The position numbers and the translations under genes are program-made. This document shows, in pieces, positions 26,510-41,345 of a stretch of DNA of 64,000 nt (its first letter is position 1; each line of letters starts with the position of its first letter). Source of the stretch: Octopus vulgaris (lineage: Eukaryota); the NCBI GenBank assembly GCA_951406725.2, contig OX597828.1, positions 6,448,001 through 6,512,000 on the forward strand, read 5' to 3'. A model generated the notes under the pieces. That model was not told where the DNA came from. It saw only the letters and a list, made by a program, of their open reading frames with translations, and ran no database searches.

Positions 26510-27551
26510 AGATAAAGAAGAGATAAGGCAAAACAGTGACAGACTGAAGAATCCAAAGAACTTATTAGATATCACTTGAACTGATAAAAATAGTAACCAC
26601 ATTAGCCTCGAATCGCCTACCTTCTTCAAAGAAGAAAAAGAGTCCGTGATGTCTTTGAAGATGAGACTAATACTCGGAATATCGTTTGTTTGCTTAATAA
26701 CGAATAACCTGAGATTAACGTAAAGCAGTAACAATAGAAAGATATTGAGACACGTATAGACGAAATAGAGAATAGATAGGCTTGAAGAGAGAATAAGGGA
26801 GGGCAGAAGAGTGATAGTATCACAGAGACCGAGAGAAAGTAGAGAAGAGTCAAAGATAGTGATGGAGAGAGGTTAAAGTAGATCACAGCAAGGAAGGAAC
26901 AATAATGAACGAAAAAGAAATACAAAACAAAAACAGGTGAGAAAGAGTCTAAACGAAAATCATTGTAATCTGTTATTTTAATGACAAGATTGATAAAAGA
27001 AAATTATCGATTAAGTAATCCAGACACGAAACGCTTGACTGGATGTTTTGTCTATTTAGAATTGAAGGGGTAAATGAAAGAGAGACAGCCAGAGAGAGGG
27101 ACAGAAAGACAGAGAGACGAAAATAAGACAAAGGAATGACCAAAGAGAGAGAGAGAAAGTATAAGAACAATTGAGAGATGTAGGAAAAGAATGGTGGAAT
27201 TTTGCAGAAGAGACAGAAGTGAAGGAATGAGATTGTAGACACGATAGGTTTGATGTCATAACAGATAGCGACCACTGTGGAGAAATGGTAGTATGCTGGG
27301 TCAACACGTAACAGGATAGATTCTCTAGCTAATCACCACAGAAGTCAGCTAATTTAATGTAATTATTCACCTACTAAATACGTGTGCTGACACTAATAGC
27401 ATAATAATAATAATCATACATATTGTGTTGTGTCCGTCTTTTTCTGTTGGAGAATAGTTCCTCTCCGTACCATGCTTAACTTCTTTCTCACTATCACTTC
27501 TTACTTTAAACTCGCTATCTCTCTGCATATGTATGTATGTACACACAAATA

Positions 27552-27628
<77 letters not shown>

Positions 27629-28094
27629 AATATGTATATATATATATATATATTAAGAGAGAGAGGGGTGGAGTGATATATACAAAGGTATATATGCCTA
27701 CATATTTACATACATATATGTACGTACATATTATATATACACATACACAAGTATTGACGCGCTGATCATTACATAGCAGTGACTCTCCCCCTTTTTGATC
27801 CCATGCCCTCTTCCGCTATATGTCCTTTTTAAGGATATCAGTCCCTTTTCAGTATACCAATCTCAAGAGATTCTTCCCATATACGATTCATAAGACATTA
27901 AAAGTAACTTATTTATTACATATGCATTCACTTAGATTATTTTCATAGTTCAAATTAATAAATTTTTAGTCATAGAAAATGTTAATAGATTTTAATTCAT
28001 GAAATAAAGTAAAGCCATTTTCACATATTCATACCAAATTGTATAACAAACTAAAGTTAACCGAAGCGTATTCCAGTAAACAAAATCGCCCATG

Positions 28095-29450
28095 TTATTC
28101 TAATGAGAAGCCTGTGATTGTTTTGTACTTTTTCGTAAATTCTGAGGCGGAGGAAGGTCTAGAAGAACAACACAATGCAATTTATTCACAAACTCTAATC
28201 TACTTCGTAACAAGGACCAACATTCTGTAATTGGCTTCTCATGAAATATATTTCTTGCTCTCGAAACAGTCCTTAACTCTAGGAATTCGCCTTGACAATT
28301 TATCAGAAACTCATTCAACAGACAATTTGAATGAATTTTGCACAAGATCCAATTCATAATCACAGAGTTCTCGAAAGTATAGTTTGAATTATCTTTCTCA
28401 GTGTTTTCGAGAGCGGCATAATGAAGTTATTAATTTATGGAAGGAATTGTTCTTCAGCACTAGCAGCAAGAATTCATGAGATTTTCTCAAACATTGCAAC
28501 ATTTTTAATATTTGCATTTATCTAACAATTTTTCAGCTTACAAATGAAGGTCTTCAAGGAATCCATGAATTTTATGATGCTTGTATTCCTTACTTGGTTT
28601 TAAAGATCAACTGCTTAAAAAATGTCAACCAAAGAGGCAAGGCACATGATCCATTCTTTATCTGCCAACCAGATAAAATATTCATTCAATCTTACCCTGA
28701 ACTTCGAAAAATAATTTGAGCTCTTCTATGAGCTCATATACTCGCTCAGCTACACTTCCTGTTGCAAGCCATCGAACATTTTTATGAAAAGGAACAGATT
28801 GAAGATATAACATCTTAGAAAATCTTGAGCTGAGAGTTAATCCTTAGAAAAAAATGACAATAGGAAGTATTTCATCCGAAATATCGTGTAGTGGATTTGG
28901 TAGAGATTTTGTCACCAGAGCCTGAAGATAGATCATAAAAAGGAAAGCCTTTCACTTTTGCTACCCGCTTTTTCACACAAAATTGAAATCCAGATTTTGG
29001 TCCCCAACATAGCTAAATAATCCAGAGTGACCATATTTTGCAAACACTAGAAGCTGGGAGGATGATGCCCATAGCCTCGTTGTTCATCCTTCGATATTGA
29101 AAAGGCAGTATTTTTTTCTCCAATCCATTTCCCTACAAGGTTTCATACAAGCTTCAGACTTACCTGTTATTTTTTTTTCTGCTTTGCTGCATCCGGTACT
29201 ACAATATAAGAAACTTCAAAGATCTTTAGATTCATTTCTTCTATTGCCTTGATGAATCCAACTGCATCATTTTAAGACAATTCCCTTACAGATCAAACAT
29301 TTCCTGTTGGTCTTAATTGTTCTTGTGTTCAGAATGAAAAATTTGCTAATGTTGTTTCAAATTTATGAATTGGGCTTCTTCCAAATTAAGGCAAATTGGG
29401 CAATACTCAACGAGATTTAAAATTCATTGTTATCTATGCAAGATTCTTGG
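28095..29450 (-). mobile_element. hAT DNA transposon (Charlie/Buster, ZBED5/FAM200-like) transposase relic
   Basis: Broken minus frames give FSI..DE....QLLVF, AMLG.KSGF, QAL.TK.LP, HKNVRWLATGSVAERVYEL, F.EKPITECW and terminal KQSQASH. Confidence 0.8.
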
Positions 29451-30679
29451 AACCAAAGGGGTTTACAACTGTGTGACTGGTTGGAGTTTTCGCTCCATAG
29501 TATTTTTATATGGACCATCATCATTTGATGATCATACTTATCCAAATATCTACAGTGTGTTAAAAATTGCTAGAAAAACCCCACGCGGTTTGTACTCCAT
29601 CACTAATATCCCGGGTGATTGAGTGGCATGCTATATAAAACGAGCTTGCTTATTAGGCCTGAGCACCACATAAGAAGTACACTATTTGGTAATGGATTTC
29701 TCCCGAGATTGAACATTGTATCGCACAAAAATCCGGTGTATTGTTTGACACACTAAGACAGTTGAGAGAGATAACTTATCTTCTTGTATGAAATAACACT
29801 TTGTTACTTTTAATACAAAACACAACGTAATCTCATTTGCTTCTAACAATTCACAGGACTGTTTTTAAAACACAAATGACATTGTAGAGAACAAAGTCCC
29901 AGACAATAAAAAAGACTTGAAGAAGAAGGATGAAAAGCATTTCAATATATTTGTTCGAGCACGAGCTCAAACGAACGGATAACAACTCAAAAATAAGTTA
30001 CATTTTCATAACTCTTCTTTCAATGGTGACTTCGAAGAATTCTAGTCCTTTCTTGACAAATGTTAAAAGAAAGAAAGCTCAAAAGGAAAGAGATCTTTCG
30101 AGACACGACGTTTTATTAATCGAATGTATTGCTCTCCTTACTCCATCAGTTGCGTGCGTTCCAGTTACATATATTCGTATATATGTTTCATTACACAGAT
30201 ACACACACACACACATACATTGAAACGCACTTATATTTACATATGCATGCCCATAGCGTAAAGATTTTGTGTGTATGTTTAGCAGTGAAAACTCGAGATA
30301 ATGTTATAATTAGAAACTAGGGACTGATTGAATACATATCTTTTAAAGATATTTTTATATCCAGCAAACCAGCGAAAGAAACAACAAAGCAGCGTAAGAA
30401 ATTTAGCGACATCAGATGCAAACTCCAAAATGTCAATATTGACATCAGGAGAAAACAATTTAGAGCAACCACCGCATCCAATCGATCGAGATAGAAAGAA
30501 ATAAGCGTCTAAAATCTACGACACAAAGTAAGAATAAAAATACTGCTGTCCGATAATAGCCACACAAAGAAGAAGGGGCTATTTGTATACAGAACAACAG
30601 TGAGGTACAGCCAAAGCACTTGCTTGAATGACCTCAGTAGAGTATATGTCTATAGATATACATATATAATTTATATATC

Positions 30680-30721
<42 letters not shown>

Positions 30722-30724
<3 letters not shown>

Positions 30725-30965
30725 ATAAAAATGGTATGACAACAAAAGAAAGAAAGAGACCTCGATATTATGTAAATAGAGGAATTTATCTGTAAATGTA
30801 ATATGTGGCAATTATTCGGTAGCCATGATAAAAATCCACGCCGCCATCTCTGCAGTTATCTGACTTTTTCCGATGGCCGGATCGGTGTGGATTTCCACCT
30901 CGGCATCCGCAACTCGGAGTTTTATCATGGGTACCGAATAGTTGTCACATATTACATTTGCACAG
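30722..30965. mobile_element. Foldback insertion in (TA)n with 47-bp inverted arms
   Basis: 30791-30837 is approximately the reverse complement of 30916-30962, around a GC-rich spacer. Confidence 0.7.
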
Positions 30966-31289
30966 AATATATATATGTATATATACATAATATATATATA
31001 TATATATTTTAACAATTGAGGGTAAAATTAATTAATTATTAATCAATTTCACCAAGTATTCAGTCTGTAAAGGGACCATTTAAGGCGAATTCAAAATATT
31101 ACATTTTATAAAGGGCTTAGTAAAATAAATTACTTTGCCACATACTGAACTCATTAGAAATAGCAGCCAAAAAATTTTTTTAGCCAAATTCTAATACTTA
31201 AAGAAAATTTCTCTCAGATAGTGCTTACTCAGAATAGCCCACGAAGGTATGGGGGTAAAAACATTAAAAAATCACAAATGCAAAGGTTA

Positions 31290-31351
31290 TTTGAGAACGT
31301 ACGTTTCTAGATCAGCCAAATACAATTCGACATTTCTTTCGTCAGCCCAAA
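31290..31351 (-). ncRNA. Hammerhead ribozyme motif (copy 1 of the 564-bp unit)
   Basis: Reverse complement of 32112-32173. Confidence 0.65.
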
Positions 31352-32111
31352 ATTCCTTAATTCGGATTTGTAAACACTGAAAGTAGGAGCATACCCTTTT
31401 GGTGACTTTTCACCTCCGAAGATCCGTTCAGACTGACAGTGCCACCAAATTCAAAATATGCAAGCGAAGAATTTCTGCCCTCCCCTTTCCACCCACGTGG
31501 TCTAATCTAGCAAACACCATAATTTTATCGGTGAAAACCGAAGCATTAAACAGAGACAAATGAATTATAATTTCAACAATTGAGGGTAAAATTAATTAAT
31601 TATTAATCAATTTCACCAAGTATTCAGTATGTAAAGGGACCATTTAAGGCGAATTCAAAATATTACATTTTATAAAGGGCTTAGTAAAATAAATTACTTT
31701 GCCACATACTGAACTCATTAGAAATAGCAGCCAAAAAAAATTTTTTTAGCCGAATTTTTAGCAAAATAATTTATTTTACTAAGCCCTTTATAAAATGTAA
31801 TATTTTGAATTCGCCTTAAATGGTCCCTTTACATACTGAATACTTGGTGAAATTGATTAATAATTAATTAATTTTACCCTCAATTGTTGAAATTATAATT
31901 CATTTCTCTCTGTTTAATGTTTCGGTTTTCACCGATAAAATTATGGTGTTTGTTAGATTAGACCACGTGGGTGGAAAGGGGAGGGCAGAAATTCTTCGCT
32001 TGCATATTTTGAATTTGGTGGCACTGTCAGTCTGAACGGATCTTCGGAGGTGAAAAGTCACCAAAAGGGTATGCTCCTACTTTCAGTGTTTACAAATCCG
32101 AATTAAGGAAT

Positions 32112-32173
32112 TTTGGGCTGACGAAAGAAATGTCGAATTGTATTTGGCTGATCTAGAAACGTACGTTCTCAAA
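32112..32173 (+). ncRNA. Hammerhead ribozyme motif (copy 2)
   Basis: TTTGGG-CTGACGA-A-AG..GTCGAAT/ATTTGGC..CT-A-GAAA-CGTACG-TT-CTCAAA; 6-bp stem I, palindromic stem III. Confidence 0.65.
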
Positions 32174-32358
32174 TAACCTTTGCATTTGTGATTTTTTAAT
32201 GTTTTTACCCCCATACCTTCGTGGGCTATTCTGAGTAAGCACTATCTGAGAGAAATTTTCTTTAAGTATTAGAATTCGGCTAAAAAAAAATTTTTTTGGC
32301 TGCTATTTCTAATGAGTTCAGTATGTGGCAAAGTAATTTATTTTACTAAGCCCTTTAT

Positions 32359-32502
<144 letters not shown>

Positions 32503-32529
32503 TATAGATATATATACATATACACATAC

Positions 32530-32560
<31 letters not shown>

Positions 32561-32630
32561 GATATATATACATATACATATATATATATACATATATATA
32601 TATACATATATGCATACATATATATGTATA

Positions 32631-32664
<34 letters not shown>

Positions 32665-32668
<4 letters not shown>

Positions 32669-33614
32669 GTTTATATATTTGTTGTGCAAGATTTTTTATG
32701 TGAAGTCGTGTGTTGAAACAGATATTGTGATATTTCGGAGTGAAAGTCGTGTGAACGAATATAAGAAATGCTACACGAATGGCAGTCGAACCAAGAAAGA
32801 AAGGTCGGGTTTAGCGGGACACCGGTCATGTGGAGGGAGAAGAGCGAAGTAGGGGGCAGAGGAATTGAAGAATTAGGGAGGGATGAGAAAGAGAGAACAG
32901 AGAGGAAAGGAACACAGCACTTTGAGGAAGGTGAGGCGATAATGCCAGTCCAGAAGCCAGTCTACATGAGTCCAAATACTTGAATGTATGCCGAGAGATT
33001 GTCTTAGCCCGTTTGCCTTCAGATGGTTGATTTCTGTATTCATTATCAGTGTGTTTTGGCGATTTAAATAAGAGTTATTTCCAGCAGGGAGACATACTTT
33101 GTATGTCCTTTGATCTGTGTTCCTTTCCTCCCTGTTCTCTCTTTCTCGTCCCTCCCTAATTCTTCAATTCCTCTGCCCCCTACTTCGCTCTTCTCCTTCC
33201 ACATGACCGGTGTTCCGCCAAACCCGACCTTTCTTTCTTGGTTCGACTGCCATTCGTGTAGCACTTCTTATATTCCTTCACACGACTTTCATCCCTTACT
33301 TCCTGCCATAAAGCTTCACTTTACACACGCTAGCTTAATCTAACTCGTCCTTAGTCGAAAGACACCTGTTCTTAATGATTGTTGTTTGTGTTTGTAATTA
33401 TGTACCATTTCTCCATTTTTTCGTCCTTGTTTACGCATGCATTCACTTGCTTTCTTCCAAAGAATCTAGTGTTACCTGCCGAAACTGCAGGGATAATCTG
33501 GAGCTCGACTGACGATAGAAAACTCCGAATGATCCGCCTTTGTTTTTCCCTGTCCTTCTTTGTATCGTCTAACTGTCCGGATGTTTTCTTGTCGCCTGTT
33601 ACGTTCTTGTTCCA

Positions 33615-33615
<1 letters not shown>
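32665..33615. mobile_element. Rearranged, probably Penelope-like element with ~177-bp inverted repeat
   Basis: 32741-32917 is approximately the reverse complement of 33116-33292 (paralogous ORFs [14 protein letters not shown] on both strands); flanked by (TA)n. Family assignment is inferred. Confidence 0.55.
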
Positions 33616-33672
<57 letters not shown>

Positions 33673-33673
33673 G

Positions 33674-33721
<48 letters not shown>

Positions 33722-33854
33722 TAATAGTATAAAATACAATTATACTTAAAGGCATGGAGACGACCATGCCTATAGTACTTTAGAACTGGTTCACATCGTG
33801 GTTGCGAAGCGAACTTCTAAACCAAATTTTGATACCATTTCATATTTTATGGTT

Positions 33855-33908
<54 letters not shown>

Positions 33909-34617
33909 GTTGTTGTTGTTGATGTTACAGTTTCAAATTTTGGCACAAGACCAAGAATTTTGTAGGAATGGGGCTCGTCAATTACATAGACACCCCCTCT
34001 CAATACTTGACCGCTACTTATTACATCGACCCAAAAGAATGAAAGGGGTCGATAAATAAGTATCAGTCAAGTACTGCAGTCGTTGTAAACGACTAGCCCT
34101 TTCTGTTCACAATTCCTTAGATCATGCCATAATTTGAAACCATTATGCTGATTTTCCTCGATTTAAATATACAATATCCAAATCTCATTGGAAAATTCCT
34201 ATTTCTTGCATGTAAATACGTAATTTCTTTATTTCAAAAAAAAAAAAATTCTGCTTCGTACATATTTCTTCCCGATACAGTTTTCGTTTAACAAGGAAAT
34301 TCTTTTCGCATCGCAAGTAATCCTCCTTTCGCAGTCATATTCATTGTAAATCATAACTTTTATTTCAAGTTCATTAGTACTATTTTTTTCTTTTCAGAAC
34401 AGTCCTTCATAAATAATAATTTTCACTTTTCCATGGAATTCTTCCAAAATTTCCATTAAGCATTCTTTTTCAATCAGGTCTATTCTAAATAATATCACCT
34501 CCCTTTTCAGTTTTATCGACATTTTCTTTTTATATTCAGCGAAATCACTCTCGAGAAATACCACCTTCTATTTCCTTTCCTTTTTCTCATACATACATAC
34601 ACACATACATACATACA

Positions 34618-34653
<36 letters not shown>

Positions 34654-34937
34654 CGTATATATATGTATATATATATATACATACATATATATATTATATA
34701 TATATATATGCATACACATACACACACACACACACATATATATATATGTGTGTGTGTGTGAGTGTGTGTGTGATAGTTATGTATGTATGTATATTTATAT
34801 ATGTCCATATATCACGATACACTTAATCCAATATCAATGCTAATTAATGTATCTCGAACGTGGCATCTTCTACGCTAGTAATAATACTATTCAATGCTAA
34901 GAGATACATTTCTGAATATGCTCATATGTACAAGTAT

Positions 34938-34975
<38 letters not shown>

Positions 34976-36263
34976 ATATGTCTAACAAAAATATATTCTT
35001 TTTATGTATACGTGTGTGTCAGTGCGTTATAGAATCGGTCTCTGAATAATCCACTCCGTATACTTGGGGAAACCTTTATAGCATTAGATTCGATTCTGCG
35101 TTTTGCCACAGAATTCACAATTCAATCATGTGCACAACAGAGATTATATCGAATAAACGGCCGTTGTTCACGTGATAGTTCAGTGTTCTGATTAAAACTT
35201 TCCGTGAGTGATTCCTACAAGTACAGCCAAATTGAGTGCCAAAAATGTACGATGTCTCGGTTCGAGATGGCGTAAACTCTTCTAATAGCAGTTTTCACAG
35301 CTGTATATTTAACCTGGAATGATCGAAGAAGACACACCACGAGGCCTGAATATGCAAAATTTAGCCTAACTGTTAAATTTCTAACAGAGACTTTCTGTAC
35401 GTGTCATATTACGCTATTTCATCTGAATCCTTCTATTAATTTCATTGCATGAATATCTTTCCTTTCAATGTAACAAACAAATTATTTCTCAATACATGAA
35501 GAAGCCTTCCTTGTTACAACTTTATTGAGGGTAGCCTTATAACTAGTAGCGAGTACAATGATTCATAAGACTCTATGAAAGTAGTTCGAATTCTTATTTG
35601 AACAATTCATTTTTTTTATATGAGAGAATATTTACTCGTATCTAAATTTAATATAACATCCAAAACGTGAAGTAAGAAGAGTAGCAACGGTAATCCGTAA
35701 ATCTAATTATCTAAATAGCACTATAAATCTTAAATCCTATTAGTTCAAATTATCCGTTAGTTCGGCGTAACTACTGGAGAAATATGCAAAAAAGAAGGTC
35801 TACAACATAAATTCCAGTACTTCCTCAATTCAGCGCCTTTGTAAAAATTTATGGATACAGCAAACACTTCGTTTCCGTTCTTTATAAAACAAAATCGTTT
35901 ATCAAACAATAAAAGGGATTTCCTTGCATACATAATTATCCTGATATCGGATTCGCTAATTGGTACGTAATTACTGGCGAAAGTTATGGCGAGCTGAAAT
36001 TCTATTACGCTGAATTGAAATGTTGTTTATCTTCGATACGGTTGAATCATTCTATTATAGAAGCACTGTTGTTCCATAATGGAAGGTAAATGGCTTCTTT
36101 TTTTCGTTCTACGTATGACTGAACATATGATATGCTTTCTGATCACATTTAACTCGCTTTGGGATGGGTTAATTAACCTTTATTTAGGGTTGCTGATGAA
36201 TATACATTCATATATAAACGTATATACGTACATACATAAATACATATATGCATACGTGCATGC

Positions 36264-36296
<33 letters not shown>

Positions 36297-37089
36297 TGCA
36301 TACATGAATTGCAAGCACGGTGGAGACGTCTCTACTGCAGTCTTTATGAGTTCAGTCTCACTTCTTGGCATTTTGATAATAATTCTTTCATATATACTGG
36401 TCGAACCAAGTCTTGTGAGTGACACAGGGTGGAAGGATCGTCTGTAGCTATATTTCAAAGGACCTAATTCCTTCCAAGTTTATACCTGACAATTACCTTA
36501 AGGCAGCAAGTGTGGGTGCACTATTTAGCCACGTACACTAATTCACTGAGTAAATTATTCTGATGAACGTACACCTACATATCCATCGTCAAAACTGGTG
36601 AGGGATGCACTTACTTTATGTGTACTGTATATCCATCTATTTATCTATCTGTCTATTTATCTATTTATCTATCTATCTAATATATATACGTGACTGTGCA
36701 TGAGAGTACATATCCGCATGCATGTGTTTAATTAGGAATGAATGTTTGAATGAATGAATGAATATGCCCTTTATCACAGATTGGTGTGTAGGCCTCACAC
36801 ACCAATATTCATCAGGGTATAGTCTCGTGCTGCAAACGTGCACTGTACCAGGCTTCTTCACTTCCACTCCTTAATGTTATCTTCAGTTTTGCTGGTTATG
36901 AATTCGTTTCCCACCCACCCAGATTTGAGCCCTGATAAGTTGACCCCAAAATGATCCGGACTCAAATCTGACTGACCATCACCGTAACCTTTCGTTCCGC
37001 TCTCAACTACATCAAGACTAAAGTATTTGCTCTAGGAGTTGCTTAAACAATCATCAGTACTTGTCGGTGGCGCATCATTTTCAGTAACC

Positions 37090-37325
37090 GCTGTTTGTTG
37101 TCTGCTTCTTTCAAGGTTCATAATTCACACCCCTACAGATCAGATCAAAACTTTAACAACTTTCAGATCGATGCTTTTGATGGATGTGGTATCTCTCCAT
37201 GTGTACTTATGATTTCGGAGGAGTTCTTCTTGTACTAAGGCTTGCTCTGATTCCCTGGGCAAAGTTCGGTGTTTCAACAACTGATCCTAAATATTTGAGT
37301 TCGTTAACCTGGGCTAGTTAACCTG
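37090..37325 (-). mobile_element. Highly degraded RTE-like LINE fragment
   Basis: Minus frames give LAQVNELKYLGSV and GCEL*TLKEAD (degenerate FKYLGS and YGCE.WTL). Confidence 0.55.
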
Positions 37326-37704
37326 TTGGCATCATACTGTAAGCTACTCTGATTCCCTCGTCACTGCAATAATGGTAAGCTTTTATTGCTGATCTGCAGC
37401 TGAAAAGCACTACACATCCAGAGATCAGCCGTCGAGATGGCGATCAGTTAACAGCGTAATGTTGGTGCATACACAAAGAAAACAGGGTTCATGTGCTGAT
37501 CTCTGTGTGATCAGTAAAGTAAAGAGTTAAAATGGCAGATGAAATAAGATGCGCATTTCGAACTCCTTTCCTGATCTAAACCAGTCAGTAAGCACTAACG
37601 TATCTGGTTTTACGTTAGAACATTTCTCGGTCATTATATATCTTCGTCCATTTGAGCAATCACCCAAACTTTGACCTTAAGCATTTATTTCAATATCTCA
37701 TTGC

Positions 37705-37835
37705 TGTCTGAGGTTGACTTTGCCTTTCAATCTTCTGAGGTCGATAAGTTAGTACCAGTTCATCATTAGGTCGATGTAATCGATTTAACCCCTCTCCACG
37801 CCACGAAATTGCTAGCCCCAAAATTTCAAACCAAT
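37705..37835 (+). mobile_element. SINE family B fragment
   Basis: GAGGTTGACTTTGCCTTTC..GTCGATAAG..GTCGATGTAATCGATT. Confidence 0.7.
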
Positions 37836-39824
37836 ATTTTATTCATTTTATCAAAGAACATATTTCTATTGCATATTTGTTGCAAGGAAAAATCATTCAC
37901 TGTCAACTGCATTGTTGCCAAGTACAACAGTGCTATTCATTCTTTCTTTTCATTCACTCATTGGACTATGGTCATGGTGAGACACCATCATGCTGAGCAA
38001 TTTTGCAAAAAGGTAACACCGTTGATTATATTACCTCTTGTACATATTCTGAACCCGAAACCACAGGGTTGTAAAGCGAAATTCTTGACTACTCAGCATT
38101 AATGAGGTATCTGGTATTAAAATTGTAAAGAGAGAAATTTTTTAGAAGCCTTCACGTAGGTTCCACTTACACATCAAAGGCAGAGCTTGGACACAACTTA
38201 GATTTCACCGATTCTGCCTGAGAATTAAGAAGGGGTTACACGTTTCTACGGAATTCCTACGAAATCGCATAATTGCATTAGCAGATAATTCGGTTGACGA
38301 GCAACTGACTCCTCCTTGTCAAACGACGAAAAACCCTCTACTTATTTGGTTGACTAGTATACATTATATATCCATAAACATTTGCCTGGCAAGGGTCTTT
38401 GATATCCTTAGTGAAGATTTCTTCCAATTTATTGTTGTAAATGCTACGTGAATAAGGTTCCCTTGAGTCATGCATTTCTTAATAATTTCGTGAAGTTATG
38501 ACTCAGTGTATGGATTAGGTATTTCCATGTGCTCTATATAATCTACTTACATGGGTCGTTAAATTTAGTTTTGCGTCCAAGATGGGTAGCTTATGAGCAT
38601 AAGATAATCCTAGTTTCTGGTATTCGAACATTTGATTTTCTAAATATGATTTTCTAAAATATTGTTGAAGAAATCTGTAATTTTTTTCTTAAACACTTTT
38701 GCCATCAAATCTAGACTCTGTAAAGAAGTTATCCAGGAAAAAATATAATCTCTAATACTCTACTTATAAATGTCTAATAATAAAATTTATGTAGAATAAT
38801 TTAGCTACAGGAGAAAAATATTGCCATATAAATCATGGTTTTCCAGGAAAAAGGGAAAACTTAACTAAAAAGATTTGCACTGAAAAGAATGCAGAGCTAA
38901 AATTGAAGACGGAGAGGAGAAGAGAAAACAACGATAGCATATGGAAATTATAAACAGAAACTGCACGATATAAACAAGGAAATATTGATTAAAAGAAAGA
39001 AAAGAAAACAATAGCATTTATTTACCAATTTATATTGATAAGCAATTAAAATTATTTATAGAAAATTCTATATTTAAAAAGTCTAAATTTTGTGCCGTAA
39101 GCGTTTATTGGTACGTTATTTTATGCCAATAAAATGATTTGTGACATGGATTATATTAGCTAACGCGTACTTCTCTCCCCGTCTTTTATTTCAGTGTATC
39201 ATTAACTCAGTTTCGTGACACAACTATCAATTATTTTTCCTATTATTTTACTTCGTATTGATTCATCTAACTCGGCGACGAAAACAAAAATCCACAACAA
39301 CAACAAGATGACTCTGAAACAGAATGGCTCCAATAATTTATATCAAAGTAAAGTCACCAGGATCAATACATTTACTCTGATCAAAGACGCAGACCTCAAG
39401 ACTCTAAGTCTATTTGATCTTCGTCAGCATCGCTGGCTAATAGATCATAACTTATTTATAAAATCTGGAGTTTTGATTTTAATTCTTAAAAAAGCGCATA
39501 AATCTGCCGGGCCAATCGAACCACAAATTCATAAACATACACTCACGTATATGCATACACAAGTGTACAGAGATATTTAATAAATACATGGAAGCTTCGG
39601 CTTGTACGTCTTTTCAGGCTGTGCCAAACGTGGATGCACTTTTTGTTTTTTTTCTTTTTTACTTTCTATAGTTTTGGACAAATTTTGTTAACGCACAGAT
39701 GAACGAACTATGTAGATATATCTATATACATACGTAGATATATCTATATACACATACATACACACATACACATACATACACACACACATACACACACACC
39801 CACACGTATACATATATAAATATA

Positions 39825-40874
39825 CAGGGTACAATGGCTAACTTGTCATCTCCTATTTTTAATTACGTGCGTGCGCGTCGTTTATTTTTGATTTTGTTGA
39901 CTACACAGTACAGTAGGGTTAGATGGGCACCGTTTTCAGAAAGAATTGGATATGTGTAATGGTAATTACGAAGGTACAGTAGCTCAGAAAACTCACTGAT
40001 CGTTCTAATAAGAAAGGAATTCATGAATTTCTTGCTGGGATCCAGGCCATGATTGACAATGATTCCTCCAAGTAAATCGGGTCTATTGCCAGGGACATGG
40101 GAGTGCCTGAGCTTCTTATCAGACATGTAATGCATGAAGATATTCAGTATTCCTCATAGAAGATGAGAAACGGCAAATACTTATCTCAAGCCGTCAAGGA
40201 CAAGAGGAAAGACCGCTCGACGAAGCTTTTGAAAAAATCAAGCATCCTCGCCAACCGAACATGCTTTGGTTTTTACTCAGATGAGAAAAATTTCTGCCAC
40301 GATCAGATGGTGAACACATAGAACAACTATTGGCTTGCTGTGTCACCAAAACACGTACCGACTACTCGCTAGCGATGGCGATGTTATGCCCCATTCATCT
40401 TCCTACACATCGCTCAGACTAAAAACGGCAGCCTACACCAAGTGCCTGGAGGAGGTAGTGCTGTCCTGGGTCAAGAGGGTGGCTGCTGGAAGACACTATG
40501 TCTGGCAACAGGACTCTGCACCATGCCACCCCTAACATCCGGCCACTTAGTGCTGCAACCCCCTTCATTATTATGTGTGGGGCTCAGTAGAGCGAGAGAC
40601 AAAACTCATTGTAACATCAAAGATAAACTGAAGGCAAGGATTATGGCAGCATTCACCAACTTAAACAAAGAAACAGTCCAGAATAGTTGCAGGAGAGTCC
40701 AAAGTAGTCTGGAGGCCGTGGTTAAAGCCAAATGGCGATTTTATTGAATATATTTACTCTTTAGTATTTCGAGATATTTTTATATAATTTTGGTAAATAT
40801 ATCTGTTAAAATGAGACGTTAATGTTATTTTCATTTTGGCGTAATTTAGACGATAATTTACTCACGGCACGCTG
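39825..40874 (+). mobile_element. Internally deleted Tc1/mariner transposon (maT/DD37D-like)
   Basis: TA-flanked degenerate TIRs (CAGGGT../..ACGCTG); broken frames give SIARDMGV, SDEKNF, YVWQQDSAPCH, LKARIMAAF and LEAVVKA. Confidence 0.85.
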
Positions 40875-40938
<64 letters not shown>

Positions 40939-41089
40939 AGTACATACATATGCATATCGAAAAGTATATGTGCATCTAGGGGTTGATACACATATGTATT
41001 GCTACATATATTTTAATTATTTTTCATAGATATTCATGCATAAGTGTGTGTGTGTGTGTGTGTGTCTGTCTGTCTGTATGTGTGTGTGT

Positions 41090-41345
41090 GGCCGACCTCC
41101 TCTCCATTTCAAGGACATGTGCATACGTAACATGAAGGCCATGAGTATGAATACCGAAACCTGAGAGAACATGGCAAAAGACGTTCCTGCTGGAGACAAA
41201 CGCTGAGTACCGCCTTGATTGAAGGAGAAGATCGCATACATCAGACAGCAGAGGAGATGCAGGGAGACTGAACCACCAACAAACGACCAACCGACCAACC
41301 GAACAGCCTCATTTGCGAACGTTGCAGCCGTGACTGTCACCCAGG
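41090..41345 (+). mobile_element. RTE-clade LINE 3' fragment
   Basis: Translation GRPPLHFKDMC..T*ENMAKD..WRQTL..ICERCSRDCH (RTE C-terminus with Zn-finger-like motif). Confidence 0.7.

Noticed and set aside
39170-39580. Acceptor-like site followed by a 121-aa ORF
   Set aside because: No domain similarity recognised; composition resembles non-coding DNA
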